Shown: positions 62,685 through 64,000 of the stretch, piece after piece
Layout of the letters: the number at the start of each line of letters is the position of its first letter
How positions within the stretch are numbered: the stretch's first letter is position 1
Origin: a virus
IMG/VR virus record: IMGVR_UViG_3300035684_000001
Location: 32,001 to 96,000 of that record
Direction: 5' to 3' (one strand)
Length of the DNA: 64,000 nucleotides
The notes under the pieces: model-generated
The model's database searches: none
What the model was told of the DNA's origin: nothing
The model's input: only the letters and a program-made list of their open reading frames with translations
Position numbers and translations under genes: made by a program

Positions 62685-63094
62685 AAATTTTTAGGTAATA
62701 GCGTGTGCCTGCAATAGAACATCAATATATTATTCAACAGATCTATTGTGTCGTCAAACTCCAAAGGTTTTACAGTATAAGCATTGCAATGACCGTCATA
62801 AGCATCGATGATGTCGTGAGTGTTTTTTGATGTAGTTAAAATAACTACTGGAATCCGTTTTATCCTCGCAGTATTTTTAATGAAACGTAAAACGTCTTTC
62901 CCTGAAACAAGCGGTAAATTCCAATCAAGAATCACTAAGTCTGGCTGATTTGGCTCTTGCAATCGCAAGATAGCCGATCGCCCGGTTTTGACAACTTCTA
63001 GGTTGATGTTAAGTTCTGTTTTTTCAAAAGCAATTTTTGCTATTTCAGCATCGTCGGGTGAATCTTCAACCAATAAAACACTATATTTAGTCAT
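62681..63094 (-). CDS. Single-domain response regulator (Rcp1/CheY-like)
   Basis: VLLVEDSPDD, LVILDWNLP, ILTTS, AYTVKP. Confidence 0.92.
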   Translation of the reverse strand: MTKYSVLLVEDSPDDAEIAKIAFEKTELNINLEVVKTGRSAILRLQEPNQPDLVILDWNLPLVSGKDVLRFIKNTARIKRIPVVILTTSKNTHDIIDAYDGHCNAYTVKPLEFDDTIDLLNNILMFYCRHTLLPKNL

Positions 63095-63099
63095 TGTTT

Positions 63100-64000
63100 T
63101 TAAATTGCACTAAATAACAATCCTTCTGTTGATGCTGGAATTGTAAAGTAAAATATACTTCCAGTACCATCACCTTCAGACTCTACCCAAATATTGCCTT
63201 TGTGTCTATTAATCACTTTGCGACAAATAGCTAAGCCCATTCCCGTTCCAGGAAAATCAGATTCGCTGTGCAGTCTTTTCCAAATTTCAAAAATCTGTTT
63301 TTGATACTGCGGATCGATGCCAATACCGTTATCGGCAATTGCATATTTCCAAAACCTAGACCCTTCTAGGTGGCAACTAATCCATACCGAAGGAGTTTCA
63401 GTAAGGTCGTTAAACTTGATGGCATTGCTAATTAAATTTTGAAATACCGAAACCAACTGAGAACGATCGCAATTAATCGTTGGAAAATTTGGCGTTAAAA
63501 ATTCAATTTTTGCTTTTTTTCTAGTTATTAGATCTGTTAAATTGTCTATCGCTTCCTGAATGATAGATTCACTGCTGTTTGGCTCAAATGGTTTTTTATT
63601 TGAATTTATTCGACTTAACTGTAACTGTTCTTCAATTTGTTCAGATAGTTTTCTAACGCTTGACGATACCTTTTCTAGACGATTGGTAATTTCACTGTCT
63701 TTGACTCCAATAATAGTTAACCGATTTTCTAGTAGTTTTTGATTATTGGAAATCGCTCTTAATGGTTCTTGCAAATCATGAGACAGTGAATAAACCACTG
63801 TTTCTAGATCTTTTTGAAACATAAATTGTTCTGTGTAGTCGATCGCTACACCTATAATGTCTCCGTTTTCTAACAACACGGTATGATTGTGAAAAATTGT
63901 TCCGTTAGCGCTAACGAACCCTGAGTGAGTAGAAAGTTCAAAAGCTTCCTTAAAAAACTGTTGATTTTTTGGATAATTTGCATTTTCTTCAAAGATATTT
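63100..64000 (-). CDS. Sensor histidine kinase with upstream PAS-like region (5' end beyond the window)
   Basis: H-box SHDLQEPLR, N-box FQNLISNAIKF, DNGIGI, GTGMGLAIC; frame is stop-free from 64000 (..NGTIFHNHTVLLENGDIIGVAIDYTE is a PAS C-terminal strand). Confidence 0.92.
   Translation of the reverse strand, partial: NIFEENANYPKNQQFFKEAFELSTHSGFVSANGTIFHNHTVLLENGDIIGVAIDYTEQFMFQKDLETVVYSLSHDLQEPLRAISNNQKLLENRLTIIGVKDSEITNRLEKVSSSVRKLSEQIEEQLQLSRINSNKKPFEPNSSESIIQEAIDNLTDLITRKKAKIEFLTPNFPTINCDRSQLVSVFQNLISNAIKFNDLTETPSVWISCHLEGSRFWKYAIADNGIGIDPQYQKQIFEIWKRLHSESDFPGTGMGLAICRKVINRHKGNIWVESEGDGTGSIFYFTIPASTEGLLFSAI

Noticed and set aside
1-64000. Integrase, transposase, reverse transcriptase, rRNA, capsid or portal genes
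   Set aside because: No supporting motifs recognised in any ORF of this window.

Overview
This window is part of a large (>64 kb, both ends open) cyanobacterial prophage or phage-plasmid. Host assignment rests on the dense HIP1-type (G)GGCGATCG(C) motif, a cyAbrB homolog and a cyanobacterial-type HigA; a Microcoleus/Oscillatoriales host is an inference. Virion and packaging genes are scattered rather than clustered: a baseplate J-like gene running off the left edge (missing from the ORF track), a GpA-type terminase large subunit, an oppositely oriented terminase small subunit, and an isolated, intact ~6,300-aa tape measure protein. Early and replication functions include an HTH replication initiator, an RDF/Gp3-like recombination protein, XRE regulators, a DNA methyltransferase, a DarB-like methylase-helicase and a divergent beta-clamp. 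Accessory genes include a beta-helix protein and a PAS histidine kinase / response regulator / REC-TM module at the right edge. The most unusual signals are: (1) the giant, modular tape measure protein; (2) a promoter-to-terminator non-coding operon at 23.2-23.6 kb with a 115-nt tRNA-like RNA, an aberrant tRNA-Arg and an HDV-ribozyme-like trailer; (3) two copies of a putative sRNA with a constant 5' domain and a variable 3' segment; (4) a 562-bp inversion at 5-bp microhomologies that splits higA and a second gene into two in-frame chimeras; (5) a phage-borne phosphorelay ending in a membrane-anchored receiver. Many accessory genes are decaying: a split dam, an RNAP alpha-CTD pseudogene, an ImmA without its HExxH motif and a nonsense-truncated paralog. 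No database searches were run; family assignments come from recognised motifs.
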